DNA of 64,000 nt from Desulfatiglandales bacterium (GCA_963662465.1 OY759599.1:1728001-1792000), one strand, 5' to 3'; counted from the stretch's first letter, positions 20,426 through 30,466 are shown. The notes: generated by a model from the letters alone, not told the origin. Made by a program: numbers and translations.

Positions 20426-20575
20426 GCAAAGGGCCTGCCAACAATTGGAGAAAAAGCAAAATCCTGCAATAATCCATTAATAACGATTTGTTATATGAAT
20501 AGGAGAGGCGCGTGGAGGAGTTTAAAATGATAGCTTAGCCCTCAATATTTGGTGGAAACCTCAATATACTGAGGG
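20426..20575 (-). promoter_or_regulatory. Sigma54 promoter cassette (copy 4, inverted)
   Basis: Palindrome pair 20539-20575. TGGCAGGCCCTTTGC on minus (20440-20426). ATG at 20412. Confidence 0.85.
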
Positions 20576-20599
20576 AGCTTTTGAGGATAGCAGGGAAGT

Positions 20600-20700
20600 T
20601 TAATCCGGCACTTTGGCCTCCGGACGGACGATCCCGAGCTTATGCATCCTTACTCTCAAGGTACTCGGGTGGATGCACAGGATCTCCACGGCTCCGTTCT
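20600..20700 (-). pseudogene. Orphan bEBP 3' tail
   Basis: Minus strand translates NGAVEILCIHPSTLRVRMHKLGIVRPEAKVPD*. Confidence 0.85.
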
Positions 20701-20701
20701 T

Positions 20702-20770
20702 TTAGAGGAACAACGTGATAAGCTAATTTCGGAACTTCAAAAGACACTATCAGAGGTTAAAACATTAAAG
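20702..20770 (+). pseudogene. Remnant of a sensor-protein coiled-coil linker
   Basis: LEEQRDKLISELQKTLSEVKTLK resembles the linker before the LPIC tail of 16345-17997 ([13 protein letters not shown]). Confidence 0.5.
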
Positions 20771-20774
20771 TTTC

Positions 20775-20921
20775 CCCTCGATATATGGAGGTTCCACCAA
20801 ATATTGAGGGTAAACGATCATTTCAAACTTTTCCGTTTTTCCATCATTTCAATCTAACGCTTTGTTATTAATGGATGAATCCATCCTCCCACTTTCTTCC
20901 ACTTGTTGGCATGAGATTTGC
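20775..20921 (+). promoter_or_regulatory. Sigma54 promoter cassette (copy 5), upstream of gpmA
   Basis: Palindrome pair 20775-20810. TAACGCTTTGTTA box. TGGCATGAGATTTGC at 20907-20921. ATG at 20935. Confidence 0.85.
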
Positions 20922-20983
20922 AGTACCTATTTGCATGAGTTTGATTATCATACGAATAGCAAGGAATAACATAGGGTGACAGG

Positions 20984-21730
20984 ATGATGAAATTGGCGCT
21001 ATTGCGGCACGGTGAAAGCTTGTGGAATAGGGAAAACCGTTTTTCGGGGTGGACGGATGTTGATCTTTCCGACCATGGGATGATCGAAGCTCGAGAAGCC
21101 GGCAAAACACTCAAATCTGAAGGCTACGACTTCGATATCGCCTATACCTCAGTGCTGAGGCGCGCCATACGCACACTTTGGATTGTGCTGGATGAACTTG
21201 ATCAAATGTGGATTCCTGTCGAACGTTCGTGGCGTCTGAATGAGCGGCACTATGGGGCTCTGCAAGGTCTGAACAAGGCGGAGACCGCAAAACGCTTTGG
21301 GAATGATCAGGTACTTCTTTGGCGCAGAAGCTATGATATCAGGCCCCCGGCTTTGGAGAAGACGGACGACCGATATCCGGTCCATGATCCGCGTTATCGG
21401 GAATTGGATGATCGCGATTTGCCGCTAACAGAGTGTTTAAGAGACGCGGTCGAGCGCTTTTTGTCCTATTGGCGCGGATCTATTGCACCAACCATCAAAG
21501 CGGGAAAAAATGCAATCATCGTAGCTCACGGTAACAGCCTGCGGGCACTGGTGAAGTATCTCGACAATGTTTCAGACGAAGACATCGTTACGCTGAATAT
21601 TCCTACCGGAATACCGTTGGTGTATGAGCTGGATAAGGAGCTGCGGCCTATCAAACATTACTATTTGGGGAATTCAGAATCTGTGGTGCAAGCAGCGAAG
21701 GCTGTGGCGAACCAAGGTAAAGCGCACTAA
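20984..21730 (+). CDS. gpmA: 2,3-bisphosphoglycerate-dependent phosphoglycerate mutase
   Basis: [43 protein letters not shown]. Confidence 0.95.
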   Translation: MMKLALLRHGESLWNRENRFSGWTDVDLSDHGMIEAREAGKTLKSEGYDFDIAYTSVLRRAIRTLWIVLDELDQMWIPVERSWRLNERHYGALQGLNKAETAKRFGNDQVLLWRRSYDIRPPALEKTDDRYPVHDPRYRELDDRDLPLTECLRDAVERFLSYWRGSIAPTIKAGKNAIIVAHGNSLRALVKYLDNVSDEDIVTLNIPTGIPLVYELDKELRPIKHYYLGNSESVVQAAKAVANQGKAH

Positions 21731-21737
21731 AAAGATC

Positions 21738-21790
21738 AGCCAACAAGGCGGATTCAGGCGACGACAAATTAGTGGTCGCTATCATCTGCC
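21738..21790 (+). other. Degenerate integron attC-like site (no R' end)
   Basis: AGCCAAC-AA-GGCGGAT..GCGAC pairs with GTCGC..ATCTGCC. Lies just after the gpmA stop. Confidence 0.4.
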
Positions 21791-21811
21791 AACAGGAAGG
21801 AGGTGATTAAT

Positions 21812-21952
21812 ATGCCAAATAAAGACGGAACCGGACCCAAAGGTCAGGGACCAAAAGACGGCCATGGTAAAGGTAAGGGCAAGGGCAATAGCCCTGGTCA
21901 AGGTCCGATGACTGGAGGAAAGAAAGGAATTAAGGAAGAAACCAAAAAGTAA
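21812..21952 (+). CDS. 46-aa Gly/Lys-rich small protein (DUF5320-like MPxxDGTGPxGxGP start)
   Basis: Strong RBS AAGGAGGTGA. MPNKDGTGPKGQGPKDGHGKGKGKGNSPGQGPMTGGKKGIKEETKK*. Absent from the ORF track. Confidence 0.75.
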   Translation: MPNKDGTGPKGQGPKDGHGKGKGKGNSPGQGPMTGGKKGIKEETKK

Positions 21953-21981
21953 GCCGGATTTAAAAGCGAGAATTGAAGGCT

Positions 21982-22089
21982 TGCGAACAATCGCATGAGC
22001 GCAGACCAGAAAGGCCGGGGCAAATATTATTGTGGATCTTCATGTCCTGTGCCCCGGCCTTTTTTGGCTGCTTATGCGGAGCGTTATGT
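21982..22089 (+). other. Integron attC-like recombination site
   Basis: AAC-AAT-CGCATGAGCGCAGACC-AGAAAGGCCGGGGCA ... TGCCCCGGCCTTTTTT-GGCTGCTTATGCG-GAGC-GTTATGT. Has AAC/GTT ends, an unpaired spacer, an L-box stem with extra bases and a terminal stem. Confidence 0.65.
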
Positions 22090-22121
22090 ATGAAGCAACA
22101 AAACGAGAAGAGGCGTTACGA

Positions 22122-23144
22122 ATGAACAACGATACACTCAGATCTGTAGCAAAAGCAATCGTCGCGAAACAGAAGGGCGTGCTGGCGGCGGACGAAAGCA
22201 ATCCCACGATCAAGAAGCGCTTCGCTTCGATCAAGGTCGAGTCCACCGAAGAAAATCGCCGGCGGTACCGCGAAATCCTTTTTACAGGCGAAGGGATTGA
22301 ACGTTATATCGGAGGGGTCATTCTCTTCGACGAAACGCTGCGCCAAGGCACTCGGGACGGTACTCCCTTTGCGGAGCTGCTATCGAGCCGGGGGATCGTA
22401 CCGGGGATCAAGGTGGACAAAGGCGCTAAAGCGCTGGCATTGTACCCTGGCGACAAAATCACCGAGGGGCTTGACGGCCTGCGCGAGCGGCTCGTCGAGT
22501 ACAAACAGATGGGGGCTAAGTTCGCTAAGTGGCGGGCGGTTATTGAGATCAACGAGCGCGATGTTCCTTCGGCGTTCGGTATTCGTGCGAATGCCCACGT
22601 ATTAGCGCGTTATGCCGCGCTCTGCCAGGAATTGGACATTGTGCCGATCGTGGAACCGGAAGTACTCATGGATGGCGCCCACAACATGGAACGGTGTGAA
22701 GTTGTCACATCCAGGGTTCTCGAAGCAGTGTTCACCGAACTTGATGCCCACGGTGTGCTTTTCGAGGGTATGTTGCTAAAGCCGAATATGGTTATCGCCG
22801 GTATGAAATGCGCGCGTCAGGAAAACGTGCAGCGGGTTGCAGAGGCCACGGTCCGTTGCCTGAACCGCTATGTGCCGGCGGCTGTTCCTGGAATCGTATT
22901 CCTGTCCGGTGGGCAGAGCGCAGAAGATGCCACTGACCACCTGAACGCCATAAACATGATGGGCCCGCATCCGTGGCAAGTCAGTTTTTCTTATGGGCGT
23001 GCGTTGCAGGCGCCGGTGCTTGCGACCTGGAAAGGTCAGGAAGGCAATCTGGCTGCCGCTCAGAAGACGCTTTTGAAACGTTGCCGGTTAAACGGTCTCG
23101 CTCGCGACGGAAAGTATGCCCGGGCAATGGAAACGGCTGGATAA
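22122..23144 (+). CDS. Class I fructose-bisphosphate aldolase (glycolytic/eukaryote-like family)
   Basis: KGVLAADES, PGIKVDKG, FAKWRAVI, VPIVEPEVLMDG, LLKPNMV (Schiff-base Lys), FLSGGQS, FSYGRALQ. Confidence 0.95.
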   Translation: MNNDTLRSVAKAIVAKQKGVLAADESNPTIKKRFASIKVESTEENRRRYREILFTGEGIERYIGGVILFDETLRQGTRDGTPFAELLSSRGIVPGIKVDKGAKALALYPGDKITEGLDGLRERLVEYKQMGAKFAKWRAVIEINERDVPSAFGIRANAHVLARYAALCQELDIVPIVEPEVLMDGAHNMERCEVVTSRVLEAVFTELDAHGVLFEGMLLKPNMVIAGMKCARQENVQRVAEATVRCLNRYVPAAVPGIVFLSGGQSAEDATDHLNAINMMGPHPWQVSFSYGRALQAPVLATWKGQEGNLAAAQKTLLKRCRLNGLARDGKYARAMETAG

Positions 23145-23753
23145 TCAGCATGATTTAATCGTAATAAAAACCAGAACGCTACCACACTACCGTGGCCGAC
23201 GTAGCCCTTCGCAAAAGCCCTTTTTGGGAGGAAATGTTCAGTAAAGGAAGAGTTGACGGGAGACAAACATTTTAATCCTGGAGGTTATTATGAAAGAAAA
23301 AAGGGCTCAACGCGGATTAACGTGAAAAAATGTTTCGCCACCAAGAAAAACCTCGCTGCATTCGTCATAAAGAATCGTATGTATTCGGAACCCGACGATC
23401 CCATGGTTATTTTTCCCACGCGGTAGGTCAGGGTGCGGCGCGTTCCGTTTTTTCCTCTGACGCTGTTAAATCCCAAATGGGTTGAAATCCATCAAACGAC
23501 CGAAAAAACCCCAACGCGCCGTTCCCTGACATTCTCACCACCCCAACGTTGCCAATGGGATTATCGGTTTATGCCGAATTAATGTCAGGTAATCCCGCGT
23601 GTGGACATGTTGAATTTTGTACGTTCATGGGGGCTGGCATGAAAATCGAAATTTCGAGGTAAAAATGTGAACGCGGGACAACCTGACCTACGGACTATAC
23701 AACTTTTCCCCTCCGGGAATGTTTTCACGCCAATCCGCGATGAGCCGAAAAAA

Positions 23754-23808
23754 GAAAAGCGTACGAAGAAAAGCTCGATGCACAGTTGGCTGAAAATTTC
23801 AAATAAGC
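23754..23808 (+). pseudogene. Internally deleted remnant of the Sll1863-like gene
   Basis: GAAAAGCGTACGAAGAAAAGCTCGATGCACAGTTG (cf. 5188-5222) joined to TTCAAATAAG (cf. 5457-5466). Confidence 0.7.
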
Positions 23809-23988
23809 AAGGACGCCGGCGCCGTTGGACCGGTTCTCTTCAAAAGTTCCCACAACATATAAACGGCGGCTTCTTTATTCAATCGGGGGTGCCCCTTCTG
23901 AACTCAAATCGACGTTTATAGTCTTCCATCAATAATTCCAACCTATCATGATTTTTGATCGTTCATGGCCAGAGTGCTGTAGTTCGAC

Positions 23989-25909
23989 CACGGTAAATTT
24001 GTTCTAACAGGTATCACGCTTGGGGCACTGAATTTTTGGTCATCTTGAGATAGTCGAAGACACCCCTTACGTTCTGCGTGAGCTGGCGCATTTTCTGGGC
24101 TACACTGCGAACGCCTTTCGCCTTAATGACGCCCACCGCGAATCTACGCAGCCTGGTCATGTTTTCAGGACCATTGCCGGTTCTTATTCGGCTTCGATCT
24201 TCGTCGTAGTTCCAGTCGATGATGTAATGGCACTCGTTTTCAATGCTCCAGTGACCGCGATTGATAGAAAGTACACGTTCGGGATTCGCCTGATCAGGTG
24301 ATTGACTCGTTATGCCGTAAGCAACCTCAACTGTGCATTTACCGGTTTTCTTGTTTGTAACTTCTCTCTGGATCATAAAAGCCTGGCCGACATACGGGAA
24401 ATCCAGGTATAGGTTAAGTTCGGTAGTCGTCCATATTTTGCGCACTTCGATGCGACCATGATCGGGAGCATCGTGTTGTATGAAATCAGGATCGTTGCAG
24501 CCCTCAAAATACAGGGAAATGTCTTGAAGTAATGTGGGCTGGTTGTTTTTGGCGATGAAATGGTAATGGGCGTTGCGTTGCTCGACCAAATATTTAGCAA
24601 AAGTCCTTTGGGTTAGCAGTGCGTCAGCTGAAATGACTTTGCCTTCGATATCGATCGCGTCCAGTAAAGGGGCAGCCGTTTTGATTTCATTGGTTCGCTT
24701 GAGTTCGTCTTTGCCTTCTACAGGGAGAGAACCGACTTTTTTTGGGTGTAACAGGTCTTAGTTTGATGGCCGACAGCACTCATGATGTGAGTCTGATAAC
24801 CTTGTTCATCGATGGCATTACACATGGTTTTTCCATCGATGGCCAAGCTTTCGTCCTGTTCACCGTAAAGCAGATTCCAACGCTGGAGAGCTTTGTCGAG
24901 TTCTGTGGGGTCAACGCGAACCAGAACATCACGGATAGTAGACTGACTGGGAGCTACATAGCGCTTATTTTCATATCGGCAACGGAAACGCTCAAGGGCT
25001 TTTTGTCCAAGACCATTTACCCAATCGGATATCGCCAGATAACCGCGCATTCCGCACAGTGTTGCGGCGGTGGCAATGGCCAGAACAGTGGAGAGCCTGT
25101 GACGTCGTCCCTGGGATCGACGCGGGTCGGGAATTTGAGCAAAAAAGTCGGGTAGAGATTTCATATGTTCCGCACTGAGCATGATTTTGTAACCTCCTGT
25201 AAGATATGGTTTTTTGAGAACAGGTCGGGATAACAGTGCTTGAACATTGGAAACCAATGGTTTAAGAAAAACCATTTTCGGTGAATCCGCTTTATCGCTG
25301 TAGCCTTGGCGAGTTCGATGAAAACCCTTTGTTTTACCAACATATATCCAATTGGACGCTCGATATACGGTTCCGTGGAATTGCTTTGGGTCCACAAAGG
25401 TTTCCAGGAGTACAACCGGATGCCCGAAACGCTCCTGCCAATCAGCCTGCATTCGCTTCCGACATAATGAAAGGATACGGGATGCGAGATTCGGAATATG
25501 CCATTCGGGCAAAATTAGAAAACGACTGTTATTGGTTACCAGTTTCAGTCGATCGTATTGATGGCGAAAATTCCATCCGATCCAGCTGTCCCTTGGTGTA
25601 CATTTCAAAGCGGGAGCAGAAAAACTGACAAGCGCAATCCACTCACTATTTAGTCTAGCTGTATACCAGAGGGTTTCGCTGATCTTGGGAAGAGCGCCCA
25701 AATAATGATGCGACTGCATCAGATGCTGAAAGCGTTGTTCTTCAAGCGGGCGGACTATTTGAATGCGGACTTGCTTAACGTTCAAGAATTTAAACCCCGA
25801 ATTGGTTTGGTGCCTGTCACAGTATATACACCATCCGAGGGTTTCTGTCCATAATGTAGCGCAACTTTTATATTTTATTTGGATAATTCGGAAGAATAAA
25901 TTCACCCTG
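23989..25909 (-). mobile_element. ISAs1-family insertion sequence, 1921 bp
   Basis: Imperfect 17-bp IRs CAGGGTGAATTTATTCT / CACGGTAAATTTGTTCT. Perfect 10-bp TSD GTAGTTCGAC at 23979-23988 and 25910-25919. Confidence 0.92.
24014..25790 (-). CDS. DUF4338/DruA-like domain fused to ISAs1 DDE transposase, split by a probable -1 frameshift (start codon uncertain)
   Basis: HHYLG, NNSRFLILP, LLETFVDP, GTVYRASNW, then IPDPRRSQGRRH and LAIDGKT. Slippery CAAAAAAAG near 24735-24744. The downstream frame has TNEI, ADALLTQ, RGHWSIEN, EDRSRIR. Confidence 0.85.
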
Positions 25910-26082
25910 GTAGTTCGACTGAAAGTCTTGACCATTCCCCCCGAATATGGCAATCTGATCCAATTCAGGAAAACATAACCCTCATTTAAAATTCATTCGG
26001 TGCTTATTGAAATTTAAGTTGATTTAAATTCCAATCGCGAAATGGGATTTTGTCTGGTGGGTGGTAGGCATTGGGGATTGGG

Positions 26083-27825
26083 ATGGATGTGAAGGAATTA
26101 AAGTTGAAAGAAAATCAGAGAGAGTCCGAACTCAGGCGAAGCGCTGAGGAAAAACTGAAAGAAGTGACCTCAGGCATGGGAGATCTCTCCGAAGTCCCGC
26201 CCGAAAGCATGGCGAACCTCATACACGAGCTTCAGGTTCACCAGATTGAGTTGAAAATACAAAACGAAGAGCTCCGTCGCATTCAGGGGGAATTGGAAAA
26301 GGGGCGGGATCAATATTCTCATTTGTATGATTTCTCACCGGTCGGCTATGTTACGTTGACTGAAAAGGGAATCATCCATGAGGCCAATCTCACCCTTGCT
26401 TCCATGTTTGGTGTAGAGCGGAGCGTCTTGGTTGGAAAGCCGTTCGCCCTTTTCGTTTTTAGAGACGACCAGGATGCTTTCTATAAATTTCGGCATCGTC
26501 TACTGGAAACGGAGAAATCCCAGTCCTGCGAACTGCGTTTTTTGAAAAAGGACGAACATGCGTTTTTTGCCGGTTTAGACTGTATGGTTGTAAAAAACAC
26601 GGACGACGATTTCAGGTTTATCAGAGGGGCAGTGAGCGATATCAACGAACGGCACCTTATCGCCGAAGCTTTGCAGGAAGCCCACAACGGACTGGAACAG
26701 CGAGTGGAAGAACGGACAGCCGAACTCCGGACGGCGAATGCGGAATTGGCGCGGGAAGTCGAAGAACATCGACAGTCAGCGGAATCCCTCTGCAAAGCCC
26801 TTTCTGAAATCAAGAAAATGAAAGACCACCTTGAAGCCGAAAACATTTACTTTCGACGAGAAATGAAAATAAAACATCGATTCAATGAGATTCTCGGGCA
26901 AAGCGATAGCCTCAGGCATGTTCTTTTTCGGGCGGAGCAGGTTGCTCCTCAGAACACGACGGTTCTTATCCTCGGCGAGACCGGTACGGGAAAGGAGTTG
27001 ATCGCCGCCGCCATCCACAACATGAGTCCACGCAAGGATCGGGCGCTCATCACGGTCAACTGTGCCGCCCTGCCGGCCAATTTAATAGAAAGTGAATTGT
27101 TCGGCCGGGAGAAGGGGGCCTTTACCGGGGCCGATACCCGGCAGATAGGCCGGTTCGAGGTTGCCCAGGAGTCCACCCTTTGCCTGGACGAGATCGGAGA
27201 ACTGCCGCTGGAGTTGCAGGCCAAACTGCTGCGGGTGATCCAGCATAACGAGTTTGAGCGCCTGGGCTCCTCCCGTACCATCAAAGTCGATGTGAGGGTC
27301 ATCGCAACAACCAATCGAAACCTTGAGGAAGAGATTCAAAAGGGCCGATTCCGGCAGGACCTTTACTATCGGCTCAATGTTTTCCCGATCACGGTACCGC
27401 CATTACGGCAACGGAAAGAAGACATCCCTTTATTGGTCCATGCCTTCATAGAGCGCTATGCCAGAAAAATGGGGAAAAAGATCACATCGATGCAAAAGGG
27501 GACGATGAAGGTTCTGCAGGATTACCCGTGGCCCGGGAACATCCGGGAGCTGGAAAGTATCATTGAACGAGCCGTGATTTTGTGCCCCGGGCCGGTTTTG
27601 CATTTGGCGGACAAACTGACGATTTCATCCCTTCCCCTGTCATCCGGCATGAAAACGCTGGAAGAGACCGAGCGAAACCAAATCCTCAACACCCTCTTGG
27701 AAACCCGGTATCGCATTGAGGGAAAGAACGGGGCCGCGGAGGTCCTGGGCCTCCACCCGAGTACCTTGAGAGCACGGATGCATAAGCTCGGAATACTCCG
27801 GCCGGGGACCAAGGTCTCGGATTAA
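26083..27825 (+). CDS. Sigma54-dependent transcriptional activator (PAS + coiled coil + AAA+ + Fis HTH; FhlA/NifA-like bEBP)
   Basis: [70 protein letters not shown]. Confidence 0.95.
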   Translation: MDVKELKLKENQRESELRRSAEEKLKEVTSGMGDLSEVPPESMANLIHELQVHQIELKIQNEELRRIQGELEKGRDQYSHLYDFSPVGYVTLTEKGIIHEANLTLASMFGVERSVLVGKPFALFVFRDDQDAFYKFRHRLLETEKSQSCELRFLKKDEHAFFAGLDCMVVKNTDDDFRFIRGAVSDINERHLIAEALQEAHNGLEQRVEERTAELRTANAELAREVEEHRQSAESLCKALSEIKKMKDHLEAENIYFRREMKIKHRFNEILGQSDSLRHVLFRAEQVAPQNTTVLILGETGTGKELIAAAIHNMSPRKDRALITVNCAALPANLIESELFGREKGAFTGADTRQIGRFEVAQESTLCLDEIGELPLELQAKLLRVIQHNEFERLGSSRTIKVDVRVIATTNRNLEEEIQKGRFRQDLYYRLNVFPITVPPLRQRKEDIPLLVHAFIERYARKMGKKITSMQKGTMKVLQDYPWPGNIRELESIIERAVILCPGPVLHLADKLTISSLPLSSGMKTLEETERNQILNTLLETRYRIEGKNGAAEVLGLHPSTLRARMHKLGILRPGTKVSD

Positions 27826-27849
27826 ACGTTCCCGCTATCCTCAAAAACT

Positions 27850-27998
27850 CCCTCAGTATATTGCGGTTCCACCAAATATTGAGGGCTAAGCAATCATTTC
27901 AAACTCCTCTACGCTCCTATCCTATTAATATAAATAATTGTTATTAATGGATTATTGCAGCGTTTTGCCTTTTCTCCAGTTGTTGGCAGGCCCTTTGC
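27850..27998 (+). promoter_or_regulatory. Sigma54 promoter cassette (copy 6), the native copy directly after the intact bEBP gene
   Basis: Palindrome pair 27850-27885, 24 nt after the bEBP stop. TAAATAATTGTTA box. TGGCAGGCCCTTTGC at 27984-27998. ATG at 28012. Confidence 0.88.
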
Positions 27999-28113
27999 AG
28001 ATACAATTTGCATGATCCTGGTCGACATATGAATGAAACGGTTGTTTATTCCTCTATCCTTGCTGGGACCATCGTGGCGATTCCGGCTTTGCCGAAGCTG
28101 GGAAAAAAATCTC

Positions 28114-28275
28114 TTCATGAAAGGCGTATGGACAAAGAGATCCACAAATTAAAGGAAAGACCTGAGTTCTTCCAGTGGAAATGCCTGGGAGCAATTAAAA
28201 ACAGGTATCGATGCGGCTCTGGAGGATTTGGGTAACGCCAACAAAAAGGCAGCGGCCGAGTTCAGTAAATCCTGA
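28114..28275 (+). pseudogene. Chimeric remnants: a gene start shared with ~37030-37080 plus the 3' end of a Sll1863-like gene
   Basis: CATGAAAGGCGTATGGACAAAGAGATCCACAAATTAAAG vs CATGAAAGGAGTATGAATAGCGAGATTCATAAATTGAAAG. Then SGNAWEQLKTGIDAALEDLGNANKKAAAEFSKS*. Confidence 0.6.
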
Positions 28276-28406
28276 GAACAGTGATTTTACCTTATTCGGT
28301 CAGGTCAAAGAGGTATTGGGGAAGTAGTGAAAGCTGGGTATCATGTACCAGCGGATGAATCCGAAGCCGCACAGATGTTCAAAAAAAAGAAAGGGAGGGA
28401 ATTACC

Positions 28407-28496
28407 ATGAGTACTACAACACTTATTCTTGTCATTGTCGTTTTGTTACTATTATTCGGCGGGGGTGGCGGTTACTATTGGCGTAGACGGCGGTAG
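28407..28496 (+). CDS. 29-aa membrane peptide (DUF3309-like)
   Basis: RBS GGGAGG. MSTTTLILVIVVLLLLFGGGGGYYWRRRR*. Confidence 0.75.
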   Translation: MSTTTLILVIVVLLLLFGGGGGYYWRRRR

Positions 28497-28606
28497 GTAT
28501 GTCGGGTGCCGCTGATTGGAGATTGATATCTGATCTGGATGTCTTTTTTGTTCGAGTGGGAAAACCTCCTTTCGAGTGGCATCCTCTGCATAATTCTTAC
28601 AAAAGG

Positions 28607-28710
28607 ATATGGAGGTTCCACCAAATATTGAGGGAAGACCAGACATTCCATACCCTGCCGCTACACGCTCCTGTTAACCTAACGAACTGTTATTAATTCA
28701 GTAATCCAAA
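28607..28710 (+). promoter_or_regulatory. Partial promoter cassette (right part of palindrome plus IHF-like box; -24/-12 lost)
   Basis: ATATGGAGGTTCCACCAAATATTGAGGG at 28607-28634 and TAACGAACTGTTA. No GG-N10-GC at the expected place. Confidence 0.7.
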
Positions 28711-28765
28711 ATTCTGTGGGGGATTGCGCTTGTTGAGCTGTTTAAAAAAATCAAAGGCGGTTGTC

Positions 28766-29302
28766 ATGAAAAGATATCTATTTTCCAGAATGGTTGTAAC
28801 AGGGGTTGTAGTCGTGTTGATAAGCTTTGGCGTCAACGCATTTGCAGAAACGGGCGGAGGCTCCGGAAAAATTGTCGTCATTCGGGATTCCGATGGCGAC
28901 GGGGTGTCTGACAACCTGGACAAACGTCCGGGAACCCCGAATGGTGCAAACGTAAACCAGTTTGGTTACTGGGTCCTCGAAAATGTGCTTTTTGATTTTA
29001 AGAAATATGACATCAAACCACAATTCTACGGATACTTAGACCAAGTCGCAGTAGTTTTTGAGAAGAATCCTTCCATCAAAGTGCAAATCCAAGGAAATAC
29101 GGATAACATCGGGACTGCGGCCAACAACATAAAAATCTCTTTAAAAAGAGCGGAAGCTGTTATGAACTATCTCATCAAAAAGGGCGTTGCCAAAAACAGG
29201 CTTTCGGCCAAGGGGTATGGTTTCACAAGACCGATAGCCACCAACGCAACAGCAGAAGGCAGGGCGCTCAACCGGAGGGTCGAACTGAGACCCATTCCCT
29301 GA
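28766..29302 (+). CDS. OmpA-family peptidoglycan-binding protein with a TSP3-like DxDGDG motif
   Basis: Signal peptide, DSDGDGVSDNLD, VLFDF, IQGNTDNIG, SLKRAEAV, GRALNRRVE. Confidence 0.9.
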   Translation: MKRYLFSRMVVTGVVVVLISFGVNAFAETGGGSGKIVVIRDSDGDGVSDNLDKRPGTPNGANVNQFGYWVLENVLFDFKKYDIKPQFYGYLDQVAVVFEKNPSIKVQIQGNTDNIGTAANNIKISLKRAEAVMNYLIKKGVAKNRLSAKGYGFTRPIATNATAEGRALNRRVELRPIP

Positions 29303-29360
29303 AGATTCATCAAACTCCGTGCAGGTACGGAGGATACCATGCCGCCCTATGCAGGCAAAA

Positions 29361-29488
29361 TTTGAGCGCCTGGGCTCCTCCCGAGTACCTTGAGAGCAAG
29401 GATGCATAAGCTCGGGATCGTCCGGCCGGAGGCCAAGGCGCCGGATTAACCTGTCCCGCTATCCTCAAAAACGCCCTCAACATATGGA
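29361..29488 (+). pseudogene. Internally deleted bEBP remnant plus left part of the palindrome
   Basis: TTTGAGCGCCTGGGCTCCTCCCG (=27253-27275) joined to CCCGAGTACCTTGAGAGC...GGATTAA (=27756-27825). CCCTCAACATATGGA at 29474-29488. Confidence 0.85.
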
Positions 29489-29599
29489 AGGGTTTCACAA
29501 AGAAAAGGGAAAGAGACGTAAACGCGTACGACGTGAGGTATTCAGTGTAAATCGTCAAGAAGACAAAAACAAAACATTACAAAAAAAGGAGAACGTACC

Positions 29600-30466
29600 A
29601 TGAAAGCAATACATTCTGCAGTTCTGATGGCAGCCGCATTCGCTCTGCTGGTGATCAGCGTGCCCGTTTATGGGTCCAAAACGGATAACGGCATCGAATC
29701 ATCGGCCAGGAAGACTTATGTTTTCAGGACCTACCTCAAGGACGATGACATTAAGATCCAGTCCAAAGACGGCGCCGTCACCTTGACGGGGACTGTCGCC
29801 GAAGAACCTAATATAATGTTGGCCCAGGCGACCGTGGAGGGCTTACCAGGGGTCAAGAGTGTGGACAATCAGCTGAAACTGAAGGATGAACCAGGCGCCG
29901 GAAGCCCGGACGCGCTGGTCAGTGCAAGAGTGAAGCTTGATCTGTTGTCCCATCGCAACCTGCGTGGCAGTAAGACGGACGTTCAAGTGAAAGATGGGAT
30001 CGTCACCTTGAGCGGCGAAGCCGAGAACCAGGCCCAAATCGATCTGACGACCGAATACATCAGGGACGTCGAGGGCGTCAAGGATGTGAAGAACGATATG
30101 ACCCTGTCGGTGGCCGAAAAAACGATGGGCGAAAAGGCCGGGGACGTGGGCAAGAAGATCGGCGATACGGCCAGTAGCGTGAGCAAGAAGATTGGTGATA
30201 CGGCCGGGGACGTGGGTAAAAAGATCGGCAACACGGCCGGTGATGTGGGGGAATGGATCGATGACGCATCCATTACCGCTTTGGTCAAAGGGACGTTGCT
30301 GTATCATCGTTCGACCAGTGGCCTCAACACCAAGGTCGAGACGACCAAAGGCGTGGTCAAGTTGACTGGCTCGGCCAAGAACCCATCCGAGAAGGAATTG
30401 GCTACCAAATTCGTGGAAGACGTTTATGGCGTGAAGAGTGTCAATAACCAGATGACCATCAAGTAA
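29600..30466 (+). CDS. Secreted triple BON-domain (OsmY-like) protein
   Basis: RBS AGGAG and signal peptide. Three BON units (DGAVTLTGTV..GVKSVDNQL; DGIVTLSG..GVKDVKNDM; IDDASITALVK..GVKSVNNQM). Confidence 0.92.
   Translation: MKAIHSAVLMAAAFALLVISVPVYGSKTDNGIESSARKTYVFRTYLKDDDIKIQSKDGAVTLTGTVAEEPNIMLAQATVEGLPGVKSVDNQLKLKDEPGAGSPDALVSARVKLDLLSHRNLRGSKTDVQVKDGIVTLSGEAENQAQIDLTTEYIRDVEGVKDVKNDMTLSVAEKTMGEKAGDVGKKIGDTASSVSKKIGDTAGDVGKKIGNTAGDVGEWIDDASITALVKGTLLYHRSTSGLNTKVETTKGVVKLTGSAKNPSEKELATKFVEDVYGVKSVNNQMTIK
30128..30259 (+). repeat. Four tandem 33-bp (11-aa) repeats in the BON gene
   Basis: GEKAGDVGKKI / GDTASSVSKKI / GDTAGDVGKKI / GNTAGDVGEWI. Confidence 0.9.

Noticed and set aside
23636..23650. 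TGGCATGAAAATCGA as another sigma54 promoter
   Set aside because: Poor -12 match, no dyad pair of either type upstream, and only a remnant downstream.
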